DNA from: the human T2T-CHM13v2.0 reference genome, Homo sapiens
Reading direction: 5' to 3' (one strand)
DNA: 64,000 nt
Assembly (NCBI RefSeq): GCF_009914755.1
Contig: NC_060942.1
The translations under genes were made by a program, and so were the position numbers. Positions 48,522-64,000 of this stretch are shown here, piece after piece. The stretch's first letter is position 1. Each line of letters opens with the position of its first letter. Under the pieces are notes generated by a model, which ran no database searches, had not been told where the DNA came from, and saw only the letters and a list, made by a program, of their open reading frames with translations.

Positions 48522-49399
48522 TTATAACGATAGGAAAAGAGTATATTGTTTTACAACAAAACAAAACAAAACAAACCCCTAAAAATTGTATTGCTGGAGT
48601 AAGACGATCGAAGTGAGATCGTTTTAACTACCGTCTTTTGAAGTGTAAGTGTGTGCAAAGCATATTCAGACTTAATACAAAATGGAACAGTGGATGACTA
48701 GAGAGATAAATGGTGCCAATAGCTACTAACAATCATGCAAAATTATACATCCTGTGGGAGACTGGAAACATATATTCATTTTCAAGAGAAGAGGTTAGAA
48801 AATGGAGACCTCTGATGCGATTTCAAAAGACGTGCAATCACCAATGAACACTTTTTGACTTCCTGGGAATTTCTCTGCATTACAAGCAAATCTGGCAACT
48901 GATAACTTCCTGGACAGCTGTCTCTCCCATTTATTCCCCCAATTCTTTTTTGGTAATTGTCAGCTAAATCTTTACATGAGTGTAATCTCTACCCTGCAGA
49001 AAGAAATTCATCTTAGAAGTTTTCATTTTCATTTGGCAAAGGATTTGGAAGAATGGTGATTATTCTCTAAGCCTAAAGTGAAAATTCAAGGGTTTGTTTT
49101 CTACAGATGCAATCAAGCATAATATTGTGGTATCTTTATGAGAAATTTCTAATTAATGTCTAGTTCAGTGTGCTTAAATGTAAGTCACAATTCTGATTAT
49201 ACCTGCTTGTATTAACCATATCCTGAAATTAATGTTTGCTGTCATTTAAGCAAAACCTGCTTTCTTTGGTTGGCAAATCATCTAACATTAACTGTCCCAT
49301 AACTAAGCACACTGAGATCAAGGTCAATCTGTTAGTTTTATTTTAGTTTACCTTATTAAGAATATCAGAAAAGTTTAGCTTGCTTGGCCCTTGATTGAA

Positions 49400-49940
49400 A
49401 CTGCTTAATAATCTCCCACTGCTCTTCGCAAAACTGTCAAAATCCTTAATGTGGCTTACAACGTTCTGGGCTACCTGAGCCAGTATTACTTCTAGTTTTG
49501 TCTTGGATCACTCCCATCCCTTCTTTCTTTTTCCCACCTTCCCTCCCCTCCCCTCCATCTCTGTGTTCCAGTCACTCTAGCCTTCTTTTAATTACTCAAA
49601 ATTTTATATTCATTCCTGCTTCTGGCCTTTGCTCTTTGCTGCTTTTTTTTTTTTTTTCCACCTGGAATTCAAGTCAGACTTCCTTGAGGAAGAAGCAGTT
49701 TATTTTCTTTGATCACACAGCTCATGGTTGCCTAGGATCATAACACCCCTATCTCTCTCTCTCTTTACAGTACTTGTAGCAACTGTAAACATTTTATGTA
49801 TAAACACTACAAGAAAAAAAGCTCTCAGATTATTTGCTTTTGAAGTCAGAGCAGAGGCTGGGTCAGTGTTATTGCTGTATCCTCAGGAGCAGCCTGGTGC
49901 CTGGCACACGTTAGGTGCTCCATAAATGCTTGTTAAATAA
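49400..49940 (+). mobile_element. L2 3' region
   Basis: caaaatccttaatgtggcttacaa...gcctggtgcctggcacacgttaggtgctccataaatgcttgtt. Confidence 0.75.
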
Positions 49941-50658
49941 GGGAAGGGATTCGTAGTTCCACCTGACTCTTAAATTGGCAATGCATGTTTTCCTGCTTCA
50001 TGGCTGCACTTGAGCAGAAATGTCAACCATGCCACAAGAGGTTGATTATTTAAGACTAAGATGGAGCCAGTTGTTTTCATAAAGGTTGAAAACAGATTTT
50101 GCATTTGTATTCCTTAAGTACTTTTGAAACAGATATATTCTCCCACACATACTCATTCACAAATAATGGGAGTATGATCTTTAAGAGAACCTAAGCAAAT
50201 ATAGTCTTGATGAAGTAATTCCATTTTAAATAATCTATTTTAAGGAAATAGTCATAGATTATTTTACCCCTGCCCTCATGTAGTTTATTCTCAGCAGAGC
50301 AGGAATAATAATTTCTTAAAAGCCAGGATCATGCACCCCCTTGGGCAAAACCTGGAAATGATCATATTTCACTCAGAGTAGAAGCCAAATCCTTCCAATT
50401 GCCAACAGAGTCCTGCATAATTCATGTTATTTGTATATTTCGTGTTTTTTTCTTTACAATTTTCTGCAATGAGATATTTGTTCAGGAAAAACAAAAGCAT
50501 TATTAAAAAGGAAAGAGGGACATTCAGAAAGCAGATTTGAAAAGTTAATATTCTGTTTTTTTAATCATTGAAAATAAGTTATGAAGATGGGATTTCTTTT
50601 AGAAGTTTTTTTCAATGGGAGAAAATGTGATTATTACTAATCATTCAACTGCTGATTA

Positions 50659-50659
<1 letters not shown>

Positions 50660-50698
<39 letters not shown>
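50660..50698. repeat. (CA)n microsatellite
   Basis: About 19 CA units. Confidence 0.95.
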
Positions 50699-50701
<3 letters not shown>

Positions 50702-50754
50702 GCAAGAATTTGCTCTTTGGCTTCTACTTATCTATTTCTTGAAAGTTAACAAGA

Positions 50755-51070
<316 letters not shown>

Positions 51071-51242
51071 AATGAGAAACAGGTAGATAAACCCAGGAGT
51101 GTTTAAGACTTTTAGAGACTACTCACAACTAAGTTCTAGTTCTTACTTTGTATTCCTCTTAAAGTTATCGTGTTCTCCCTAATCTTGTTGTATCAGTTTC
51201 AACCATTCATCAATAGTGGTGGCGAGCACATGTCCGGCATCA

Positions 51243-51279
51243 AGGCAGACTAGCTGGCAAGAACCAAGCTAGTCTGCCT
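51243..51279. repeat. Perfect 13-bp inverted repeat (hairpin)
   Basis: aggcagactagct-ggcaagaacca-agctagtctgcct. Confidence 0.9.
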
Positions 51280-51329
51280 CCTCCTTTCACTGTAGTTCTA
51301 CTTTCTCCCTGGCCACCTCCCCTGGTGGA

Positions 51330-51840
51330 TTCCTACACCTGTTCTTTCCTCTCCATCCCCAGTGCCATGCCTGGGGCAAGTCCTTATCTCCTCTTGCCTG
51401 TTGTATTCCAACTGGTTTTTGTGTCTTCAGTCTTTTGCCTCTTTAATTTATTCTACATTAAAGTGAATGATACTCTAAGACACCGATTACTTCCTACTGG
51501 CAAAAGGATAAAGTTCAAGGTCTATCTTAGTCTAGATTCAACTCTGTCTTCCGTGGTTCCCCAGGCCCTATTCTTTGGCTTCGCTCTTTTACTTCACATG
51601 CCTTGTACTTACTTGCCTCCACACCTCTGTGCGTGCCTGGGGAGCCCCTCCCCAGTTTCTTTTCACATTCAGGGCTCAATTCACTGTCTTTGATAGTGAT
51701 GCCTCCCTGGTCCTCCTGCGGCACAAACCTATCCCTCTACTGCATTCTTTTAACACTTTGCATATCTCTATTATGGCCCTTACTGGATGGCATTGTAATT
51801 GTTCATATTCCTGTTGCCCTCAGCGACCTGTCTGGTTTAC
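51330..51840 (+). mobile_element. L2 fragment
   Basis: tttcctctccatccccagtgcca...aggataaagttcaagg. Confidence 0.55.
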
Positions 51841-51996
51841 TAAAGCATTGCTCCCATTGGTTATCGTGTACTGTCACTCTTTAGAAGCACTAATTGATAG
51901 AAAGCCATGGTTGATAGGATACTCATAGCAGAGAGCTATTCTAGTAAACAGCTATTTTAATAACTATTGTTAGCACACAATTGCTGCTGTGAATGA

Positions 51997-53100
<1,104 letters not shown>

Positions 53101-53212
53101 CTGCCACCACCACTACCACCTTTACCACCCCACTACCTCTACTATAATCACTTCCACCCCTACTATCACCACCCCACTGTCATCACCTATACCACGTCCA
53201 ACTCTACTCTTC

Positions 53213-53491
53213 TCACCTCCACTATCAGTACCGAGTCCACCACAATCATCACCCCCATTCACCTCCACTATCAGTACCGAGTCCACCACAATCATCACCC
53301 CCATTCACCTCCACTATCAGTACCGAGTCCACCACAATCATCACCCCCATTCACCTCCACTATCAGTACCGAGTCCACCACAATCATCACCCCCATTCAC
53401 CTCCACTATCAGTACCGAGTCCACCACAATCATCACCCCCATTCACCTCCACTATCAGTACCGAGTCCACCACAATCATCACCCCCATTCA
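53213..53491. repeat. Minisatellite, 6 identical copies of a 46-bp unit
   Basis: Unit tcacctccactatcagtaccgagtccaccacaatcatcacccccat at 53213, 53259, 53305, 53351, 53397 and 53443. Confidence 0.95.
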
Positions 53492-53537
53492 TTAGCATAG
53501 GCAGAGCACTGCCAAGTACCACGCAGTGGGTTAGCTG

Positions 53538-53832
53538 GTTTTTTTTTGAGATGGAGTCTCACTTTGTCACCCAGGGTGGAGTGCAGTGGTGCGATCTCGG
53601 CTCGCTGCAATCTTTGCCTCCTGGTTCAAGCGATTATCCTGCCTCAGCCTCCCAAGTAGCTGGGATTACAGACATGCTCCACCACGCCTGGCTAAGTTTT
53701 GTGTTTTTAGTAGAGACGGGATTTCACTATGTTGGTTGTCCAGAGTGGTCTTGAACCCCTGACCTCAGGTAATCCGCCGGCCTCAGCCTCCCAAAGTGCT
53801 AGGATTACAGGTGTGCTCCACCGTACCCAGCC
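53538..53832 (-). mobile_element. AluS (inside a MIR ~53495-53990)
   Basis: TSD gggttagctg; flanking MIR motifs atgagaaaactgacactcaga, ggattctaac. Confidence 0.88.
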
Positions 53833-54194
53833 AGGGTTAGCTGTTCTATATGCATTGTCTCATTCCATCTCTACAACACGATTAAATATGAGAAAACTGA
53901 CACTCAGATCCAGCAACATCTGTTTGATGGCACAGCTTTGGGTGGAAGTGTTTGGATTCTAACTTGGGGCCCTCTGGCCTCAGAGTCTGAATTTTCGTCT
54001 CCAAAGATCTGTTGCTAATAAGCTACTGCAGTGGTACCCTACAGTTTTGTTTCCCGCATTCCTATCACCTTTGCTCACTTCATCCACTCCAGCGGCCTCA
54101 TCCTCCAGCTGACTCATCCATGCCACCCATCCCCACCTCCATCTGACCCACTCCATAATGTGCCCTCTAACAGGGCTTTCCATTAAGGCCTTTG

Positions 54195-54385
54195 CAGTGG
54201 TGTGCTGGTAAATGTTTAACAACAGGCTCTCTGAAGAGGGGCAGAGGGGATTTCTCCTTTGTAGCATTTGCTGTTTTCCATGGTGTAAATACTGCCACAT
54301 GACTTTTTTTTGTACCAACCAACTTGATGTCAACCAGCTGAAAAAATTATTAAAACTTTCATAGTCAGCTCTCATGAGCCAATAT
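54195..54385 (+). mobile_element. MER63-like hAT DNA transposon (interrupted by the LTR9-like element)
   Basis: cagtggtgtgctggtaaatgtttaacaacaggctctc start; resumes at ~55004. Confidence 0.7.
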
Positions 54386-55003
54386 TGATACAGGAGTTAA
54401 GAAGAAATTACTTAGGCAGATAGTGAGGGTACGGAAGTCCTTGGTAATGTTTTCCTTTGAATGAAAAGCAGCCCCAGACTATTTGTTTTCCTTTTAATGA
54501 AAAGCAGCCCCAAACTATTTTCCTTTCTAACAAACAGCAGCCTGTAAGATCAAGCTGCAGACATAGATGCCGGCAGTTGTGCCAATCATGTTCAAAATGG
54601 CAGTCCCATCTTTCCTCTGCCAGCCGCGTGTACAGCAAGGAGCAGACAAGATGGCGCAGCCCAAGGAGAAAGTTTATTTGCGTAATAAGATTAGGGTGGG
54701 GCAACCAGCCTTCCCTGCTCGCTATGTAAATGTCACACTTAATTGAACCAATCTGTGAGCATTATGTAAATCAGACACCGCCTCCTCAAACCTGACTATA
54801 AAATCTGGCACATCCACCACTGGCAGGTCCTCTCGGAAGACCCTTCTCTCACTAGAGAGAGCTGTTTTCCTTTCTTTTTCTTCCTCCTTCTTTTGCCTGT
54901 TAAACTTCCGCTCCTAAACTCCTCATGAGTGTCCATGTCCTAAATTTTCCTGCCGCGAGATGACAAACCCTGGGTATTTACTCCAGACAATGTAGCAGCT
55001 TCA
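54386..55003 (+). mobile_element. LTR9-like solo LTR (ERV1)
   Basis: tgatacaggagttaagaagaaattacttaggcagatagtgaggg...gcagcttca; TG...CA termini; near-TSD ATAT/GTAT; TATAAAA at ~54797. Confidence 0.8.
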
Positions 55004-56106
55004 GTATAAGCTGGCTTCAAGGTCCTACAAAAACCCCTTTTACAATGAGCAACTTCCTTCTTTCACACCTCTGCCTTAAGGGAACCAAGGATTTTTCCTT
55101 GGTAATACCATTACCCTCAAGACCTTGCCAATTTGAGGCTACTTCTCCTGTTTTTTTTTTTTAGAAGAAATTGTGAGGTCAGTATACACAAACAAACAAA
55201 CATTAACCAATTAATTAGAAAAAGTACTCTTCTAATTAATTTAAAGCATTTTCATGGTTTAAAATCCCAAATTCAACAGGGTAGTCACTGAAAACTCTCT
55301 CTCCTATCTGCGTTTCCAATCACCAGATTTCTCTCCCTGAATGCAATCAATGTTCTCAGTTTTCATGTGTATTGACATACTTTTTCTTTCCCCTTGCCCT
55401 TTATGGATGCATTTTCTGTTGCCACCACCCTTTAAACTCTTATTTTGAGGCTAATTCCACTCATACAGTTTTCTCTATTATCTACTAACTTCCAGGATAT
55501 TCCTGGAATATCTTCTGTAGCGACTTCAGCCCGTTTCATTGGGCTTTCTATCCCATCCTCTGAGATTTCAACATTCATGTTTATGGTCTCACAAATTTCC
55601 CCAGCTTCAAGACTCTTTATCTCCAGTTCCTCAACCACCAGTTGAGGAATTGAACCACCAGTTCCATTTCTAAATTATGGAAGAGTCAAGAACTCCTTTG
55701 ATAACTATCCCTTTATCCTACACCGTAATCACTCCTTCACGTCCACTGAATCTGCCATAGGGCCATTTGTGAACACTAGCCTGGCTCCATTTTGCCCCAG
55801 TGAATCAGCTCTCTACTGGTTTCATTTATTGTCTTAACCTGACCCACACCCTCAAAACTAGCCATTCCAACAAGAGAATTCTCTGTCCTCTTCCCTACCA
55901 GTTATATCCATTCTAAAATTACTCATTACCTGTACTGTATATTCCTGCAGCAGTTCTGAAGACATTTTTGTGCTTAAAAGCCTTCAGCGGCTTTCTAGGA
56001 ATTTAATCCAGAATTCTCAGCTAAATAGACAGAGATCCATGTTTCTAGCGTGCCTATGACCATCCACTTCAGGGATCCAGTGCTCAGCCACATCCAGCTA
56101 CTTGCT

Positions 56107-56947
<841 letters not shown>

Positions 56948-57454
56948 TGATCGTTGTTTTTGTGTCTTATCTTCCTAATAGGCTGAACTTCTTGAGGATG
57001 CTTGTATTTGTTCTTAGAGTCCCCATTACATTAAATAATTGCTTTATGGCTTTGGATAAAATACATTTACAATTTCTTTTCCAAGAACGAACAAGGATCA
57101 GAAAGCAAAATAGGGCAAAATAAACATTACAATGTTCTGATAGGTTATTATACCACACAACTTAATTCTCAAATTTTATAGAAATGCAGAATAGGATTTT
57201 TCCCTCCCCTAGTTATTACAGAAATTATTCTTTTCTACCCAAATATAAAACAAAGCTCCAGTAAAAGAAGGTGTGAACACTTGTTTCTGCTATGCATCGC
57301 AATACATGGGATGTTTATATGGCAAATGCATGTGTGGGATGTGTCCTGCATTTATATATGTTGGGGGGAAATTCTTAGCTCACAGAGGATAGTGAATGAA
57401 GAGGAACAGCTATAACTATCACTGGTTCTTCTTCTTCTTCTTTTTAAAAAACCA

Positions 57455-57588
57455 GTTAATTAATTATTTTTAGAGACTGGATCTTGTTATGTTGCCCAGG
57501 CTGAGCTCACACTCCTGGGCTCAAGCAATCTTCCTGCCTTAGCCTCCCAAGTAGCTGGGATTACAGGCGCATGCCACTGTGCCTGGCT
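57455..57588 (-). mobile_element. FLAM
   Basis: Monomeric antisense Alu. Confidence 0.85.
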
Positions 57589-58113
57589 GTGTTCTTGATC
57601 AACAAGGCCCCCGTGTCTTTGCAGCAAATATTGGTTTCTCATTTTCCCTCCCCACCCCCTACTCCCACCCCCATGGATTTTTTATCTTTTCAGAAAAGCT
57701 CTTGTTGACCTCCATTCTCTTATAATTATTCCTTAATTCTGTACTAGTTGGTTTTCCAACATAAAAAACAGTGAAGTCTCTGTAATTATGAAACTACTTG
57801 TGTGACATGACACTACTTGTCAGCATTCTTTCTGTTGCGAGAATGAATAGCAACTTTGACTTCCCAAAAAACACAGCTCTAGCTTGAATACACTGAACAT
57901 GTGTAGCCGCGCCAAGAATGACTAAGTACAGACTACCAGCAATGAGCACTTGATGATCACCTGCAGTTTTCATCATCCCCTTCTGTTCAGCCACCCCAGT
58001 GGCCTACCTCTTATGGGTCACTGCAACACACAGGCAGCAGGCAATAGAGAGTATATGGGCTACTAGATAGGGCCGATGAGCTCCGTGGTAGTTTGGCTCT
58101 AAGAAAGACAACA

Positions 58114-58250
58114 GGCCAGGCACAAGTGGCTCACACCTATAATCCCAGCACTTTGGGAGGCTGAGGTGGGAGGATTGTTGAGCCCAGGAGTTTGAGACCA
58201 GACTGGGCAATGTAGTGAGACCGTGTTGCTAAAGAAAAGAAAGAAAGACA
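58114..58250 (+). mobile_element. FLAM
   Basis: Monomeric Alu with TSD aagaaagacaaca. Confidence 0.85.
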
Positions 58251-58279
58251 ACAAAGGGACATGAAGTATCATTATGGTT

Positions 58280-58455
<176 letters not shown>

Positions 58456-58962
58456 TAGGTGGTGGAGCTATTTCCCACGAGAATAGCATGAAATGTGAAC
58501 CATTTCTCAAGAGAATAGCATGGCCATTCTTCACCAGGGGTCTTGGTCGAGGTTGTAGAATCTGTGTGGCCCTCCTCTCTCTAACGGTTGGCAAAATGGT
58601 GATAGGCCAGTAGGTGACAGGACAGCCTGGCTGGACATCTCCATCTGTCATCTCTGTTATGGTTGGGACCTCAGAAGGGAGCGAAACAAAACCAAAAGTC
58701 ATTCCAAATTGCTTAGGGTTAATTGAAGGAAGCCACAGGAAGAGCAGCTATGAACTCTGTCCTCAGGGCATCCACAGAGTGTGGGGACCTGGAGAAGGAG
58801 CAGTGGCAGCCACAGGCCTGAGGGCAGAAGGAAGGGGTACAGGTGAGTACAGTGATCACAGAGTCTCAGCTTTCTGAGAAAGTCATGATTTTACCTAATC
58901 TATTCTGTTGTCAGACATGTTCTGTTCTTTAACCCTCAATGCTTAGCCATTGAAAATTTGGA

Positions 58963-59319
<357 letters not shown>

Positions 59320-60106
59320 CTATCATTTGCACACTTGGGCCTAGGAAGAATGAAGAAGCCTGAATCTATGCTGCAAACTCTGGTTTCCACAAGCCTCGTG
59401 AAAGATGAAGAAAGAAGGCTAAGAAGGCTTCCTCCCAATGGGATGATGGTAAGTCTGAAATCCCAGTTGATCTGGTGAGATATGAAAAAGGGTGAGATAA
59501 TTGTGCTGAGAAATCATCTCAGTTTACAGGCACGCACATCTTCAACACAAAATGGAGGCTGATGAGAGTTCAGTTCAATGACTGTTTCCAACACTAGAGT
59601 GGGGCTATGAATTGGCATCATCCTAGAGAAATTTCAAGTGGCTTAAGTGGACTTGAAAACAGTACTGTCCTCTCACTTTTTGTCATTTAGTTTCTTAGAG
59701 TCAGAGATAATGTCTAAAAAAGGGCATTTCTCATAATAATTTGTGACCAGGAGAATCAATAAAAAAGGATTTCCCTTGCCAGGATTTTCAGAGAGAAAAC
59801 TATGCTTACAGTCCACAGAATGACAAATATTCATTGTGTGATGCTAATAAAAGTGTAAGGCATTTTAAAATTCAAGGGTATTTTCTTATAACCATCTTCT
59901 TCAAAGAACTTTGATCTCTAGTTACCTTATATGATTGAAAACAATGACTAAATGAAATGCTTGTCTCCTCCAAGAATGGAATATAAAGTATTTACATAAA
60001 TCGATATTGCTGGAAAAAAATCTGCAGATTCCTTATGCTTGGGTTCACATGAAATAAGTAACTTTCTTCCCCAAAAAGCCAGCTGTGTGATTACTAAGAG
60101 ACCAAG

Positions 60107-60887
<781 letters not shown>

Positions 60888-61302
60888 CATGGCCTTTTTG
60901 GAAAAGCTCTAGATATAAAGTCTGAGGCCAGAGGTTTAGATGTGTGGTACAGAAAATACACGAGAAAAGAAGTTGGGCCCGATCCTCTCTCTGTTTCTGA
61001 TTTTTATAAAGATGCTATTCATTTATGAGTCAGAAGGCCTAGATTCAAGTCCTGACTCTCTCTAAGAAGGTGTTTGGCTATGGTTAAGTTATTTTGGTCT
61101 TAGTTGTGTAATCTGTAGTGAGGCAGCTACTCTAGATGAACTCAAAGTTCCTGTCGGCTGTAGCCCTCTGAGGACTGGTGTGGGGTGTAGGCACTGGCCT
61201 CTAACTGGGTTCTAGGGAAAGCACTGATAACACAGGACTCCTAGAGCATCCTCATTATTTATAAGCATTATTTGATTGATTGAAGACTAGTATCCAAAGC
61301 TT

Positions 61303-61612
61303 GTTTTCTTTCTTTCTTTTTTTTTTTTTTCTGAGATGGAGTCTTGTTCTGTTGCTCAGGCTGGAGTACAGTGGCATGATCTCAGCTCACGGCAACCTCT
61401 GCCTCCCAGTTCAAGCAATTCTCCTGTCTCAGCCTCTTGAGTAGGTGGGATTACAGGCGCGTGCCCTCACGCCTGGCTAACTTTTGTATTTTTAGTAGAG
61501 TTGGGGGTTTCACCATGTTGGCCAGGCTGGTCTCGAACTCCTGACCTCATGATCCACCCGCCTCAGCCTCCCAAAATGTTGGGATTACAGGTGTGAGCCA
61601 CCGCACCCGGCC
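61303..61612 (-). mobile_element. AluS
   Basis: Full antisense Alu with TSD tatccaaa. Confidence 0.9.
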
Positions 61613-62264
61613 ATATCCAAAACTTTGAGGAAGAAAATCCATTGAGTGGTATGTTTCCTACTGAGTGCTCTTACTGATCAGTTACAGAGAAGGAGCTGAT
61701 GGTAGATGAAATCAGGTGAGAAAAGGTCAAACATCAAGAGAACACATCAAGAGATGTAGAACACATCAAGAGATCAATTTAGTATCTCTTTATAATAAAC
61801 AACCCAAACCAAAAATACCAACAATATATAAGCAAGAACTGTTCTGATACAATCCTGTAAAAATAGCTTTATTAAAACCTAGCCTGAAGTTTTACAGAGA
61901 AAAGATTAGACTTAGAAAGCCTCCAAATCTATCAAGAGAGAAACTTTTTTTTTAAAATCTCTATTTGGGATGATAGACGATGCATTTCAGTTTCAGAGAA
62001 CCAGCTAAAAACCAAGGATGAAATAATAAGTGCTCAAGTGGGCTAGAAATAAATATAGCTGCTGTTTTCCCTATATGAGGGATGTGCAGCAGTAATGAGG
62101 CTCAGACAAAGGATTATCATCATAGAGAGGAAATGAGGCATTAAGCAAATAATTAAAGAGTATTAAATCATCTCAGAACACTTGTAAGACTGTAAAAGGC
62201 AAACATCGTTAGCAGTATTGTTGAGAAATGATGGTAAGAAAAAGGAAAGGAAATACAGTTAGTG

Positions 62265-62490
62265 TTTGGGAGGGAGTGTGGTATTGCGATCTCTTACTAG
62301 AGGTATGTTTTTTGGGAAATCACTTACTCTTCAAGATTCTTAATTTTTTCATCTTAATGAAAAAATTTCATCTTGCTCTTAAGATGGAGCAAGTAATATC
62401 TCCCTCACTGGGGGGACACGAGGATTAAATAAGGGCACAGAGAACTGGTTCTGAGACATTAAGCCGTCAGTAAGTGGTGCCTATTGTTAT
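62265..62490 (+). mobile_element. MIR (degenerate)
   Basis: aagatggagcaagtaatatctccctca...gaggattaaataag...cagtaagtggtgcctattgttatt. Confidence 0.5.
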
Positions 62491-62622
62491 TCAGGAACAG
62501 AAACAAGGTGATGTTTGATCCAGCTAGTTAAATAGCTGTATTCTATCACTGATACAAAAAATGCACTCTAGGAGAGATGACAGCTCGTTAAAGTACCATA
62601 TATTTATAATATGATTGGGTAA

Positions 62623-62956
<334 letters not shown>

Positions 62957-63654
62957 AAGATGTTTTTATTTAAGCCATACTGCTTTGAAAATTAGTGATC
63001 TTCCACTTTCATTGCATGAATCATTCACAACAGGAAAAGCAATTCACCCAAGATTCTACTATTCCAATGCTATAGGAACTAATCCTCTATAAGAAGTGAA
63101 AGAAGAAAAGACAACGGGGTTGGGGCACCCCTTCAGGGCAGTTGCGGTGTTCACTGACAGAGACTAGGCAAAACCTGGGAGGGAGGGTCTTTCTCTACAG
63201 GAGAAAAATTGCAGAGATTCTGATGAAACAGGAAAAAAAATGTCACTTAGACCACACCTGTATGTAAAAGGTCATCATTAGCCATCAACATTGCAACCAA
63301 AATCGTGTAAGGAGGGAAGGCAGCATAGTTTAGTAACTTATTTGATAAAGTCAAACAAGGATTTGCATACAGTGAAAATTTTCTAAGGATTGTTCAAATG
63401 AAAAGCTGAAAACAGTAATCCTGTATTGGGTATTCCTTTTAGTAGCCACAACTTAATGTTTGGCATTATTTATAAAGCGCTAATTTTCCCCTGTAAACAT
63501 TTGGAATAAAAATATTGAGTATTGCTGAGAAGCCTGCATTACCTTGTAAAAAATAAGCATATCTTCCATGCTTCTTGATTTTAGTTATTGCCTTAATAAG
63601 GTTTTTTGGTAAATGTATCACATGGTAAAAAGTGGATTTAAGCATGATATATCA

Positions 63655-64000
<346 letters not shown>

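Noticed and set aside
53213-53491. CRISPR-like array
   Set aside because: The units are contiguous and identical with no unique spacers, there are no cas genes, and the DNA is primate. It is a minisatellite.
55432-55645. Overlapping opposite-strand ORFs that look protein-like
   Set aside because: They lie within a degenerate L2 remnant.

Overview
Human (primate) genomic DNA, very Alu-rich (about 68 Alu/FLAM pieces) with L1M, L2, MIR, DNA-transposon and LTR remnants. There is no complete protein-coding gene. A 30-nt minus-strand micro-exon at 34542-34571 (ag|GTGTCATAAAACTGAGTTCTGCAGTTGAAG|gtatgt) encodes GVIKLSSAVE, which I recall as the alternatively spliced insert of DLGAP1 (GKAP/SAPAP1). 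The window is therefore most likely intronic DLGAP1 (chr18p11.31), with the gene on the minus strand. The micro-exon sits in the longest Alu-free island (~31.1-35.2 kb). That island also holds an AP-1/ARE motif cluster, a palindromic MER135-like element bounded by splice sites, and a plausible 3-exon plus-strand antisense lncRNA crossing the micro-exon. A second minus-strand acceptor at 27245 resembles the micro-exon's acceptor and could give an unannotated DLGAP1 exon. Other structure: AP-1-rich enhancer-like blocks, a perfect 6x46-bp minisatellite, a 13-bp perfect hairpin, an LTR-internal-LTR MaLR remnant with nested insertions, and solo LTRs with target-site duplications. Almost all ORFs in the supplied track are Alu-derived or chance. 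Repeat subfamily names come from recalled consensus sequences and boundaries are approximate unless a TSD is quoted.
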